DNA from: Sminthopsis crassicaudata
Lineage: Eukaryota
Assembly: GCF_048593235.1 (NCBI RefSeq)
Contig: NC_133620.1
Coordinates: 373,641,261-373,705,260 of the forward strand
Direction of reading: 5' to 3'
Length of the DNA stretch: 64,000 bases
Under the pieces are notes generated by a model. The model was not told the DNA's origin. It ran no database searches and saw nothing but the letters and a program-made list of their open reading frames with translations. The translations under genes were made by a program, and so were the position numbers. Positions 34,806-54,700 of the stretch are shown here, piece after piece; the first letter of the stretch is position 1; every line of letters begins with the position of its first letter.

Positions 34806-35611
34806 TAGCCACTAAATCATGTAAGTTCATGGATAGAGAGGACAACCAGAAGCTGAGAGGGCTCCAGGGTCATCGGCAAAATAGGTAAGCCTCGGGTCAA
34901 GAAGTAGAGTAGCTGGCAAAGCAGCTAGCCGTGGCGGGAGTGAGGAATTTTGGGCAATGGGTAGGAGGATGAGTCCCAAGGGGAAGCAGAAAGGTCACGA
35001 ACAGGAGACAGGCCGTAAAAGGGGCGTTAAACTGAGGGGGGGATTCAGGACATTTCCTGCAGTTGCAGACGGAGGCAGGCTACCCGCCCCACCCCCCAAC
35101 AGTCTCCCTTTTCAGTCCGGGCCGGGCCAGCGTTCGCCACACAGCAGAACTCTGGGCCTCGGACAGCTCCCCACACCTCGGGGGCTTTCTGGCGGGACAC
35201 ACGCTGTTCTTCCAAAGCTCTCCCGCCCAGCGCTTGAGCCCGCCCCACTCCGCCCAGGGATGCCGAGACCCCGCCCTCCCTCTCTACTGGCCGGCCGAAC
35301 ATGTTCCGCCTCCCGCTCCCTTCAGCTCCCGCCTGGGGGCGTGCGCTCCTCTCGGCAGGCCAGCCCCGTCTCCGCCCCTCTTCCCGCCCGTCACACACAC
35401 CCCCTCCGCCCCGAGCGCCGGCAGCTGGGTGCTGCCGCCCGCCCCGCCGCCTCCGCTCCTAGCCCGCGGGGCTGCGCCTCCGGCTCCGGCTCCGGTTAGG
35501 CTAGGGCTCCGCTCTGGCTCCCGGGGCTGCGGGGGCGGGGGCGGGGTCGCCATGGCTTCTTTGGGGGCCGGGAGGCCGAGGTTGTGAAGGGAAAAGAGGG
35601 GGACTGCCACC

Positions 35612-43533
<7,922 letters not shown>

Positions 43534-44756
43534 GACTCCTGGCTACATCTCATCTTGATTCTCGGGAGAGCAGGCATGGTTGTTTTGGGGCCTGTGGGTA
43601 CCACAGACAAAGCATTACGTTCCATGGCTGTTTCCATCACACTGGAAGTGTCTGCTTGACCCTTAGCTTGGCCCCCTCCGGTAGCCACACCTTCATCACT
43701 GCCAAACAGAAGCATCTCCACGCCCATCTTAGCCTCCCCCTGGCCACCAGACCTTCCCAGACACAGACACTCTTCCCTTCCCTCTTCCCCCTTCCCCAAT
43801 CAACAAGGCTCGAGGATCTTCATATCCTCATCCCTGCCAAGTAGAAAGATGTCTTCTCTTCTGCCAGCTCCTGCATCCCTCTGCTCGTGAGCCCTTTGGG
43901 GGCAGAGCCCCCTCACTGCCCAGCGTGGCTACGTTCCTGTTCCCCATCACTGCCAAAACCACAGGCCTCATGCCCCTTGTTTGGGCATCCACCTGCTCTC
44001 CTCACTGCCATTTGTTGGCACTTACCCGTCTACGGCCCTCTCAATGAGTAGACACCTCTTGCCCAAATGGGCATCTCTTGCCAGCTTTCCTCAATCCTAT
44101 CTTTGTTGTAGAAAAACCTTCTTGTGAACAAAGAGCCACATCCCCCGTTGTGCCCCTGGGGAAAGGGGATGTCTAGCCCCTCCCTAATGAATGTGCCAGC
44201 CTAGGAGCCCCTTTGGGGATCAGCAGCTGAATCCTTAGTTAACTAGTGATTTATTTATATATCACTCTCTCTCTCTCAGGGGGAGTGGGAAAGAAAGGGG
44301 GATCCACTCCTTCTTCATGCCAGCTCTGTGGCCCTTTCTGGCTCCATCAGCAATACTAAGACTCCAGTTCCCATCCATGTAGGGGGAGGGAAGGGCCACC
44401 AGGATTAGGGGCAAGGCAGTTTTTATTTTCAGGTGTCTTTTTTTTTTTTCCCCCTATGCTGTGAGAGAGTGGGGAAAGAGTGAGAATCTAAGCTATGAAG
44501 TGGGGGAAAGAAAGGAACAGGGTAGGGGAGGGGCAGAACCAGCCAGCACCTCTGCCTTCTCAGGGATACAGGAAGCCCCCCAACTTCCCCCTCCATCCCT
44601 GTCTTCCCCTCCATAGAATTAGCATAGGAAGAACAATAGCCAGTATCCTGGCATACAGCTCCCCTGCCAAGCTCTGGGCTCTGGGATTTTTGGTGTGTGT
44701 ATGTATGTGGACGAAGTATTTTATTGTTTTTTTAAATGTTTGTTTACAGATAGTTA

Positions 44757-44774
44757 AATAAATAAATTAATAAA
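44757..44774 (+). terminator. HCN3: Clustered AATAAA polyadenylation signals of HCN3
   Basis: AATAAA at 44757, 44761 and 44769, followed by (TA)n and a T/GT-rich downstream element. Confidence 0.75.
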
Positions 44775-45431
44775 TATATATATATATATAAAAGAAAAAT
44801 ATGTTCTTTTTGTTTCCTGGTATGCATGGGGTACAGCAGGGGGCTTTAGGGTAGGCCTATGAACAATAAATCAGGGGAAAATAATAGAGTGGGCACTGAA
44901 GCAGCAGAGGGATGAGCATTATCTGGGGAGCAACAGGCCAGATGGGCAAGGAAGTTGGTTATGACTTTGGATACTGATTGCCCAGAAGTCTGTGTGGTGT
45001 CATAAAAGTAGTGCTGGTTCTGGGAGCAGAGGAGCTGGTTTCAAAACTTGACTCTCCCACTCGCTATTTAGATTGCCTCTCTAAGCCTTAGAATCAGGAC
45101 TAGATCAGTTTTAAGATCCTTTCCACCTCTGCACCTTGTGATTCTGAGTCCAATTGTGTTTTCATATTGGCAGCAACTTATGAGTTAACAAATGAGGGTG
45201 CAGGATTTGAACCTTCTGAGAAAAAGGCATTTTTCTATGTAAGGAATCCAGGGATCCCCTGAACATGTGATGCTCTCTCCGCTATATCATCTCTTCTATT
45301 CCCCCATTACTGGGAAGGTGGAAGGATTCTGGACTCAGCTGAGCTGAGACCAATGGCTTAGGGCATTTTAGGATCCAGGGTTGGGTGGGGATTGGATTCA
45401 GGCATGTTCAGGCACAATGGAGGATGACAGT

Positions 45432-45437
45432 TTATTG
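45432..45437 (-). terminator. PKLR: Proximal AATAAA of PKLR
   Basis: TTTATT on + about 270 nt past the PKLR stop. Confidence 0.6.
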
Positions 45438-45704
45438 AATGCAAGTTTCCAGGTACTATGAAACCTGGTGACAGAGAAGGGCCCCCAGGGACAGGACCTA
45501 GGAACTAGGAAAGGGACTGTGGTCCCTGAGAATTACAAAGGGATGAAATTTCTGCATGTGGGTAGCGAATGGAGGAGTTATTTCTTATAGTTGGGGGAGG
45601 GTCAATATAAAGGGGTGTGATATTGGGTGGGGGGATTCATCTACTTTGGAACATGGTCTTGAGGGCTCAGGCACAGGTATACGAATTTATGGGAACATGG
45701 AGCC

Positions 45705-48700
45705 TCAAGATACACTTAGCACCCTCATGATGTTTGTATAGCCTGAGCCAGGTCGCCAGCCTGTCACCACAATCACCAGGTCCCCGACTCGGAGGAAACC
45801 ACGGAGCTTCCCTGGGTAGAGAAGAATGGGATGGGGGTGTGAAACAATACCTTGGATAATCTGAGTAACAAAATTAATTCTTGGTCCCTCCCAACTCCTC
45901 ACCCCTAACCCTACCAATCCTTCGAGATCTGTAGTACTATAGTGTTTCACTGGATGCCAAGGAATATGACAAGTTTGGAAGAGAGCATTGTTACCCTAAT
46001 AGTCTGTCTCAATCCCACTTGTGTTACCTTTGTTGACAGAAGATGGGGGTGGGAGGTGGGGATGACTTGAATGAGGTAACAAACTGACATTGATGCTATG
46101 TGAGCTGTCATAGGTATTTTTAAGACCTTGTAGCTAAAGGCTACTTCTCCCAACTGTTGCCTTCCTGAACAGAACCACAACTAAGGAGGAGTGAACAGGG
46201 CTCTGTTCCTGGAAAGAAACATCTAGAGGACTCTAACAGCATTTGCTTGCCTCTTACAATAAATATAAATTTCAGTATGCTTGCCAACTTCTTAGCATGA
46301 ATAATTTGTGTTATAGCTATACCACTGGTATACAGCAGTCACCTATACAGCAATCACCTTACGTTTTCCCCTCAATCACATTACCTGACCATAAAATTAT
46401 CGATGATTAGTCCCTAAGATAGCGTGTAGTTCCTTATACCTGGTCCCGGCAATAACACAGAATCTCCCCAACAATGCAAGGTGACGACATTATGCACTAG
46501 CTCTTCCCCCAGATTTAAGAGAAGAAAATAAATCAGCCCTTTTGTCACATGCTTTCATATCAACTAGGTTAAGTGGCTTGCTATACAAAGGATCTCTAAT
46601 AAAGAGTCTCAGGGGATGAGAGGAATTGGGTGAGGTGGAAGAGTGGTATTGGAGAGTTGCTATGGAAACAAATGCCAAAAGGCACTGGGGAGAGAGGTAG
46701 GTTGTCTTGGGTGAGGGAAGCAGAAACTTGGGAAGAGCCATGGAAGCCTCACCACTTTCAATGCCAAATTGGACACGGTGGTCGACATCATCAGTCCAGA
46801 CAGGTTCGGGCGGGTCACGGTAGAGCAAAGGAAAAACACCACGACACAGATGGACCTGTCGGGCAGTCTGAGCAGAACGAGTGACCGCGATGACAGCAGC
46901 CCGGGGACGGTAACGAGACAGGAGTTGTGCGGAGCTGAGGGAGACAGAATATGTAGCTTAGTGGATCAGGAGTGGATCTTATTGTGAACCAGATCTGATT
47001 TCTGATCCGTCTCTGCCACTGACTTTCTCTGTGTTGATCTCTTCAAGCTTCGGTTTCTTCATCTATGAAATATTCTATACATCTCACAGCCAGTGCTGTA
47101 AGAATCACATAGGGTAGTGGCTATGAAAATATTTTTGGAAAAAATACCAAACTAAAACTAAAGTCCTTTACAAATATTGGGCATTGGTATTGGGTCTTTT
47201 CCAGATCATTAATTCCAGTGCTTTCGCCCTACTCCTTGTGCCTTTAGATGTTCATCTGGCCTCTCTGTCCCTAATGTCTATCCCCCACCTCCCTGGGTAG
47301 CCAGCTGGTCTCTCACCGGCCAGATGTTGTCAGCACAACTATAGCAGCAGCACAGCACTTGAAGGAAGCCTCCACAGCACCAATGGCAGTGACCTCAGTA
47401 GGGTCCCGGCTTAGGGGAGCTGCCCTACGAAGTTCTTCAAAGAGTTGCCGGTGATAGACAGCAGCCTCGGCCTCCCGAGCAATCTGAAAGTACCAGGGGG
47501 TCAGTCTCAGGCCCTGGTATCTGACCTGAATGGCCCTGGACATCTGGAGCCCAGGAATACTCCATATTCCCCACCAGCCCCATACCGCATGTTGCATCTT
47601 CACAGCCTCGACAGGGTAACTCCCCTTGGCCGTCTCCCCAGACAACATGATACAGTCAGCCCCGTCCAGAACAGCATTGGCCACGTCACTTGTTTCTGCT
47701 CGGGTTGGTCGGGCCTTGGTGATCATGCTTTCCAGCATCTGGAAGCACAGTCCGATAAGAATCAAGGGTTAATGCTCCCTTTCCCGCCCTTTCCAGCCCA
47801 GGCATTCCTGGGGACCCCACGGGTGTTCTCCCATCTCATGACCCTGAGACGTCCCATCCTCTGTCACCAAAGGAGAGTCACGGGATTTCAGGGGGAGGTT
47901 GGTGCCCACAATCCCTACCCTGCTCTCTGGCATACCTGTGTGGCACAGACAACCGGTTTGCCTGCCAAGTTGCAGCGTCCGATCATCATCTTCTGTGCCA
48001 AGAAGACCTTCTCAGCAGGGATCTCGATGCCCAGGTCACCTCTTGCCACCATGATGCCATCACTCACTTCCAGGATCTCATCAAACCTGGGAAGTTTGGG
48101 CCCAAGAGGGGGCACGGCAGAGTCAAGGAGAGGAGGAAAGAGTCAGGGAAAGGGAGGGTTGGGAGGGTTTCAGTTCACACTAGAAGGGGACTGGGGGAGC
48201 TGAAGGGGGGCGGGATAAAGAAAGCGAGGGGCTGGAGGCCTCACTTCTCAACGCCCTCGTGATTCTCGATTTTGCTGATGATCTTGATGCTCCGTCCTTG
48301 AGGCCCCAGGGCTTCTCGTACAGCAATCACATCTTGGGCCTTTCGGATAAAGGAGGCGAAGATGATGTCCACGCCTTGCTCCACCCCGAAACGCAGGTCC
48401 AGAGCATCCTGCTCTGACAAGCCCGGCAGATCCACTTCTGCACCGGGCAAGTTCACCCCTTTCCTGCTTCCCAGGATGCCGCCGTTCTCCACTTCAGTCA
48501 GCAGCCCCTCTGGCTCTGTGGAATTCCAGAAGCCAGGTAAAACAGGGGCGATTTGGGGCAATTCCGTGGAGTTTGAAGGGGCGTGGTTGAAAGGAAGGGG
48601 TGTGGCCTGAGATTATACCCGGGTGCTGGGTGGAAGGGTTGGGGGAGGAACATGTTCTCGGGGAGGAACTGATGGGGAGGCGGAGCAATGCTTGGGAGGG

Positions 48701-51700
48701 GACCCGCAAGTACGAGAACGAGGGGGTGTGGCCTGACTTGGGGCGGTAAGGCCAGGGGCTACCTCGAGCTCACCCACCTTTATGCTTAACCACCAGAGAT
48801 ATAAGACCGTCATCGATGTAGATCCTGCCCCCCTCTGGCACTACCCGGACTATGTTGGGATAGTCCACCCACACAGTGCTTGCATTCCCCCGAGTCCGGA
48901 ACGCCGGGTCCACTGTAATCCGGACCTGGGAACCCTTCACTAGCTCCACTTCAGACTCCGGGCCCTAGGGAAAGGATTGGGAAGTAAGAATAGGGCTGGG
49001 ATTCGGGGGTTTAGTGTCCAGCCTTAATCTATCCTGGACCCTTCTTTGCTTATCTTTTCCCGGTAGGAGTTCTTAGAGTACGGGTCTTAGGAGAATAGCT
49101 CTTTCTATACTCTCCTGTTAAAGGCTATCTATCTCTTATTGATTACGCTCCCGCCCACACATCTCGGGTTCCTCTCCTTCATCGGATTCTTCCCGGTTCG
49201 TAGTTTCAGCTCTCCCAGATACTGCAATCTCTGGGTCACACTCCTCCAGCCTCATCCAATCCTCAGCCCCATTCCAAGTTCTTGGTCCTGCCCACACCCT
49301 TCGTGCCAGCACTACCCTCTCTGACTGTACCCGCCCTTCCTTTCTTTGTTCCAACCGCCCTATTCCTCCCGTAGCGCTCTGCTCTCTCACTGCCCAGGGC
49401 CTCACCCCCTGGAGGATCCCGGTGCGGATCTCAGGCCCCTTGGTGTCCAGCGCTATGGCCACGGGCCGGTAGCTGAAGGAAGAGCCGGCAAAGCTCTCGA
49501 CAGCTTCTCTTACGTTGGCTATGGATTCTGCGTGGTACTGGGGAGGGGACAGGGAAGAAAGGGATCAAGATAGGGCTCTCGGGCCATAGGTTTATGAATT
49601 GTCCAGCCTCTGCTCCAAACCCCCGGGTAGAATTCTCCCCAGCTCCCGCAGCAATGCTTCCCATCCCTCACTGCACCTCGTGGGAGCCATGGGAAAAATT
49701 GAGCCTCGCAATGTTCATCCCTGCTTTGATCATTTCCCTCAGCCGTTCCACAGAGCGAGATGCCGGGCCTGTGAGCAAAAAACACGGAATCGCAACATCT
49801 CCGTGTTGGAGGAAATTCCTGGAACTATCTAGGACGATTGATAATTGAGGAGAAAAAGCCCGAAGTGGTAATCCAGCTCTCTGAGCCCTCTCCCCCCAAC
49901 TCAGGAAGCGTATTCCCCCTTGTGTAAGTCTCTCCCATTAAGTTACTGAACAGCTTAGCTTTTCTTCTCAGGACTAACCGTCCTCGTTTCCTTCAACTAA
50001 TTCTTAAGGCTGGGGAAGGGAAGCAATATTCAGCTAGGTGGCCGCTAAGTGACACAGTGGACAAGAGCACCCGCCCTGGATTCAGGAGGACACGAGTTCA
50101 AATTCTTCCTCAGAGCTTATTAGTTATAAGATCTGAGCAAGTCACTTAACCTTGTGTGCCTCAGTTTCCTCATTTGTAAAAAGAGCTAGAGAAGGAAATG
50201 TCAAATCACTTTAGTATCTTTGCCAAAGAAATTCCAAATGGGGTCACTGAAGAGTCGGACATGACAGAATAATAACCTCTTCAGAGAGACACATTGTTCA
50301 GAGAAATTCTCTGATTAAAAGATTCCCTTTTCTTGCTCCATAGATTCCCTCTGCTTTCCCAGATAAGAGAATAAGAGTCTGTCCAGTTGTTCTAGATGAA
50401 TTCCATTCCTAGCGACTTGAAAGGATTTTGTGCACATGATTGCAACACCATTCATTGTCAGTGATATGTGGAAGAAATGGAGGAAGAGAGAAAGATGACA
50501 GGAGTGGGGCTGGTAAAAGCATAAGGCAGGGAGATCAACCAGAAAAAATAATCCAATAGTCCAGGTGTGGAGTGATGAGGACCTGCACCAGAAGGGCAAT
50601 GTCAGAGGAAAACAAGTGCAAGTGGGAGAGATGTTACAAATGTAGAATGGGAAGCAACTTGATTTTTTTTTTTTTTTTTTTTTTTTTTTGTGGGAGGAGA
50701 ATGGAATGTAAAATTTCTAGGCAAATGAGCTTGACAAAATCTAAAGATTGTTAGCAAACTCAGGAAGTGTTAGCAAACATTGGAGTATTGATCACCAAGA
50801 ACAGAAGCAGAGGATACAGAAGGAGGGGGGCGGTAGCCCTATTGTGTTCCATCCTGGTCCGGCTGGTTCTAAAATGCTGGCTTCTGAGCACCACATTTTA
50901 GGAAGGGCATTGATTAGCTTCAGAGCATACAGAGGAGTGGAAACATGATGATGAAAGGTCTTAAGATTATGAATACAAATAATAATAGCTAACATTTAAA
51001 TAGCACCTACTATGTGAGTGGCACATATTGTACAAATCAGAACAATTCTGCAAGGTAGGTACCGTTATTATCCTTTTTTTGAGATGAAGAAATGAGGCAG
51101 ACAAATTAATCAATTTGCCCAAAGATCACAGTGTTAGAAAATTTCTGAGGCAGATTTTTAACTCAGGTCTTCTTAACTCCAGGCCCAAAGTTCTGTCCAC
51201 TTTACCACCTAACTGATCTTCCCTCTCTTTCTATGAGGATTGGGTGAAGGAAATGAGGATGGTTAATTTGGAGAAGAAAAGACTTCGTGGGATGGGGAAC
51301 ATGAAAGTTGTCTTTAAATTGATGAAGGATACCAGATTGAAGATAGATTGGATTTCTTCTTGTTCCGAAAGGATTAAAACTAGAAGTGAGAATGAAAAAC
51401 TTCCTTATGTGGTTATCTAAAAATGAAATTGGATGCCTTGGGAGGTAATGATTTCCCCTTCATTAAAAGTATTTAAGCAAAGACTGGATGAATATTTGTC
51501 ATTTTAGTCATTTTTGAAGGGACATATTAAATTAGATGGCCTCTGAGGTCCCTTCCAATTCTGTCATTTTCTTTCCCAAACCCTCTTTGCTTCTCTCTAA
51601 GATTTGTGACTTTTTCTCTTGATTCTATTTGTCTAACTACTCTTTCTCAGTCTCCCTTGCTAGAACTTCATCCAGCTCACACCTTAGGTTAAGGTGACAT

Positions 51701-54700
51701 TAAACCTGGGATGTCTCTCAAGGCTCTATTCTGGGTCCTTTTTTCTTCTCCCTTTATTTTATTTTATTTCATTTGGTGATCTCATCAACTTCCTACACTG
51801 ATAATTCCCAGATTTACTTATCTAGCCCTAACTTCTGACCTTACATTTCCAAATGTAAATCTCAAAATCACTTCATGTAGACATCTTAAACTCAGCATGT
51901 CCAAAACTGAACTATTTTCTCCCCAAGCCTTTTCCTCTTCTTACTTTATCTATTCTTAGGCAGAACTCTCTTCCCAGTCACACAAGCTTATAACCTAAGG
52001 GTTATCCTTTATCCTTACCCTCAACCCTATTTCCAATCTGTTGCCAAGTTGTACTGATTCTACATTTGTAATGTCTTTGCTTCATACTTCTTTTCTACTC
52101 TGACACTGCAACCATCCTCACCCCATTTCTGGACTAATGAAATATCCTTCTGATATTTCCCTGCTCTAAATCTCTATCAACTTCATTCCATCCTCAACAC
52201 AACTTTATCTTCATAAAGTGCAGATCTGACCATATCATCTTATTCAAAAAAGTTTGATGATTCACTGTTATCTTATCTTCAGTTTTAAATATAATCTCCT
52301 GTATTTCTTTTAAAGTACTTCATGTTTAGAGAGGGAAAAAAAAGTCCTTCATGACCTTGCCCTCTTACCTTTTAGTTTGCTTTTAAACTTTCTTCCTCCT
52401 CCCTTTCTCCCCATCTGAATATCCTTCAATATAGTGATAGTGATTTTCTTTCTGTTTTTGTTTTAATTAAATTAAATTAATTACTTTTTTTTAGGCTTGT
52501 AAAGACCCAACTCCATATATTTTCACTGCCTGGAATTGTCTCCCTCATCATCATTCTTCAAATCCCACTTCAAATCCCATTTTCTACAAAAAATTTTCAT
52601 CATTCCCCTTAGTGTCTTCCCTCTATTGATCAGCTCTAATTTATTCTGCATATATCTTGATTACACATAATTGTTTGCATTTTGTCTTCCTATTAGCCCA
52701 GCTCTCAGAGAGTAGGGATTAGGATTTTTTGTTTGCTCCAGAGTTTTTGTTTTTTGTTTTTCCCCTGAGGCTGGGGTTAAGTGACTTGCCCAGCTAGGAA
52801 GTGTTAAGTGTCGGAGATCAAATTTGAACTCGGGTCCTCCTGAGTTCAAGGCTGGTGCTGTATCCACTGCGCCACCTAGCTGCCCCAGCTTTTGTCTTTC
52901 TTTAGTACTTAGCATAGAGCCTGATACATAGGAAGTGAGTAATAAATGCTTGATTGCTGAGATGTGGTTGATTAGTTTCCCTCCCTCAAGTCTTTTCTCC
53001 ATTCCATATCATATTCTACTCAGATGTCAAATTGATCTTGCCAGGGCAGTTAGATGGTACAGTCAGAAAGATCCAAATTCAAATCAGGATTCAGATACTA
53101 GGCTATATGATTCTGGGCAAATCACTTAACCCCAAGTGCCTGAAAAAATAAAGATCTTGCTAAAGCTCTGGCTCTGGCCATGTCATTGCCCACCCAACCC
53201 CAACTCATTCAATCTATTGCCTTCCTATTACCTCCAAGAACAAATATAAAATCATCTCTTTGGACTTTAAAGTCTAGGCTCCTTTTTACCTTCCCATCTT
53301 CTTACACTTTACTCTCCTCCATGTACTATCCAATTCAGTAACACTGACTTACCTGATGTTCTTCATACATGACCCTTCATTTCCAGACTCCATGCATTTT
53401 CATTGACTGTTCTCCCTGCCTGAAATGTTCTCCTTCCTTTATTTCTTGGCTTCCCCAATTTTCTTAAGTCTCCGGTAAAATGCTATTTTCTGCAATAAAA
53501 CTTTCCTCTCCCTTTTAATATTAGTGTCTTCTTTCTGAGATTAATTCTTATTTACTCCCCTACATATTTTGTATGTGCATGGTAGTTTGTATATTGTCTC
53601 CTCCATTAGAATGTAAGAAAGTAGGGAATGGTTTTTATCCTTTTTTATATCTGTAAAATTTAGCACAATTCCTGAGACATAGTAGACATTTGTTAAATGT
53701 TTGTTAATTGTTTCTTTTGCTCAAAGAATTCTTCTTTTATTATTCAAATACACCCCCCTCTTCCTTACTCAAAAAAACTTCCTCTCTTCTTCTAGGTCAG
53801 AGACATCTCTATTGCAGAGAGATGCTTCCTCCCCATTTCTTCCCTTCACAACCAAAAAGTTTCAATCTAACTTCTCAAATTTCTCACATTCTATCACTTC
53901 AGTCCTCCCCCATACTATTGAAAGAAAATATCTGGAAAGTGGGCAATGCCAGAGGATGTGAGATTTAATTATATCTGTAGCCAGAGAATGATGTTGGTAT
54001 ATAGTATGTTGGAAAGTGAGGAGCAGGATTTGAGGAGATCCAGGTAGAGTGATACCAATGTGGAAGATGAGGGGGATGACATTGACAATGATATGGGTAG
54101 TACAAGTGGCACTTGGCTTTGATGATGTGAGATTTGAGACTGGGAAAGGGAAAGATGAGAAGTAAGGATATGGGATGATAGAATTGGAATGGGAGGCATT
54201 TGGGAAAAAATAGAACACTAGAGACATGGGTTCTAAGTCTGCCTCTGCTGTTAACTTATAATGAGCAAAGTCAAGTGAAAATAGTTGCTCCTTCCCACCA
54301 CCCCAGCTCACAAAGATGCTATCATTATCTTTTTTTTTTTTTTCCCTGAGGCTGGGGTTAAGTGACTTGCCCAGGGACACAGAGCTAGGAAGTGTTAAGT
54401 GTCTGAGATCACATTTGAACTCAGGTCCTTCTGAATTCAAGGCTGGTGCTCCACCTATCCACTACGCCACTTAGCTGCCCCCGATGTTATCATTCTCAAA
54501 TGAGAATTGTGCAAAAAATTCTTTGTTTCTCAGACTCCCTGTCACTGCAAAGAGTAAGCTTTGCAATTAGATTGAAAGCTTTTGAGCGTAGAGGATATCT
54601 TTTGCCTCTTTTGTTTTAATCTCCAGCATTTAGCACATTGTCTGGCATAGAGTTGGTGCTTAATAAATATTTATCAATTAACTGCCATTGTTACTTACCT

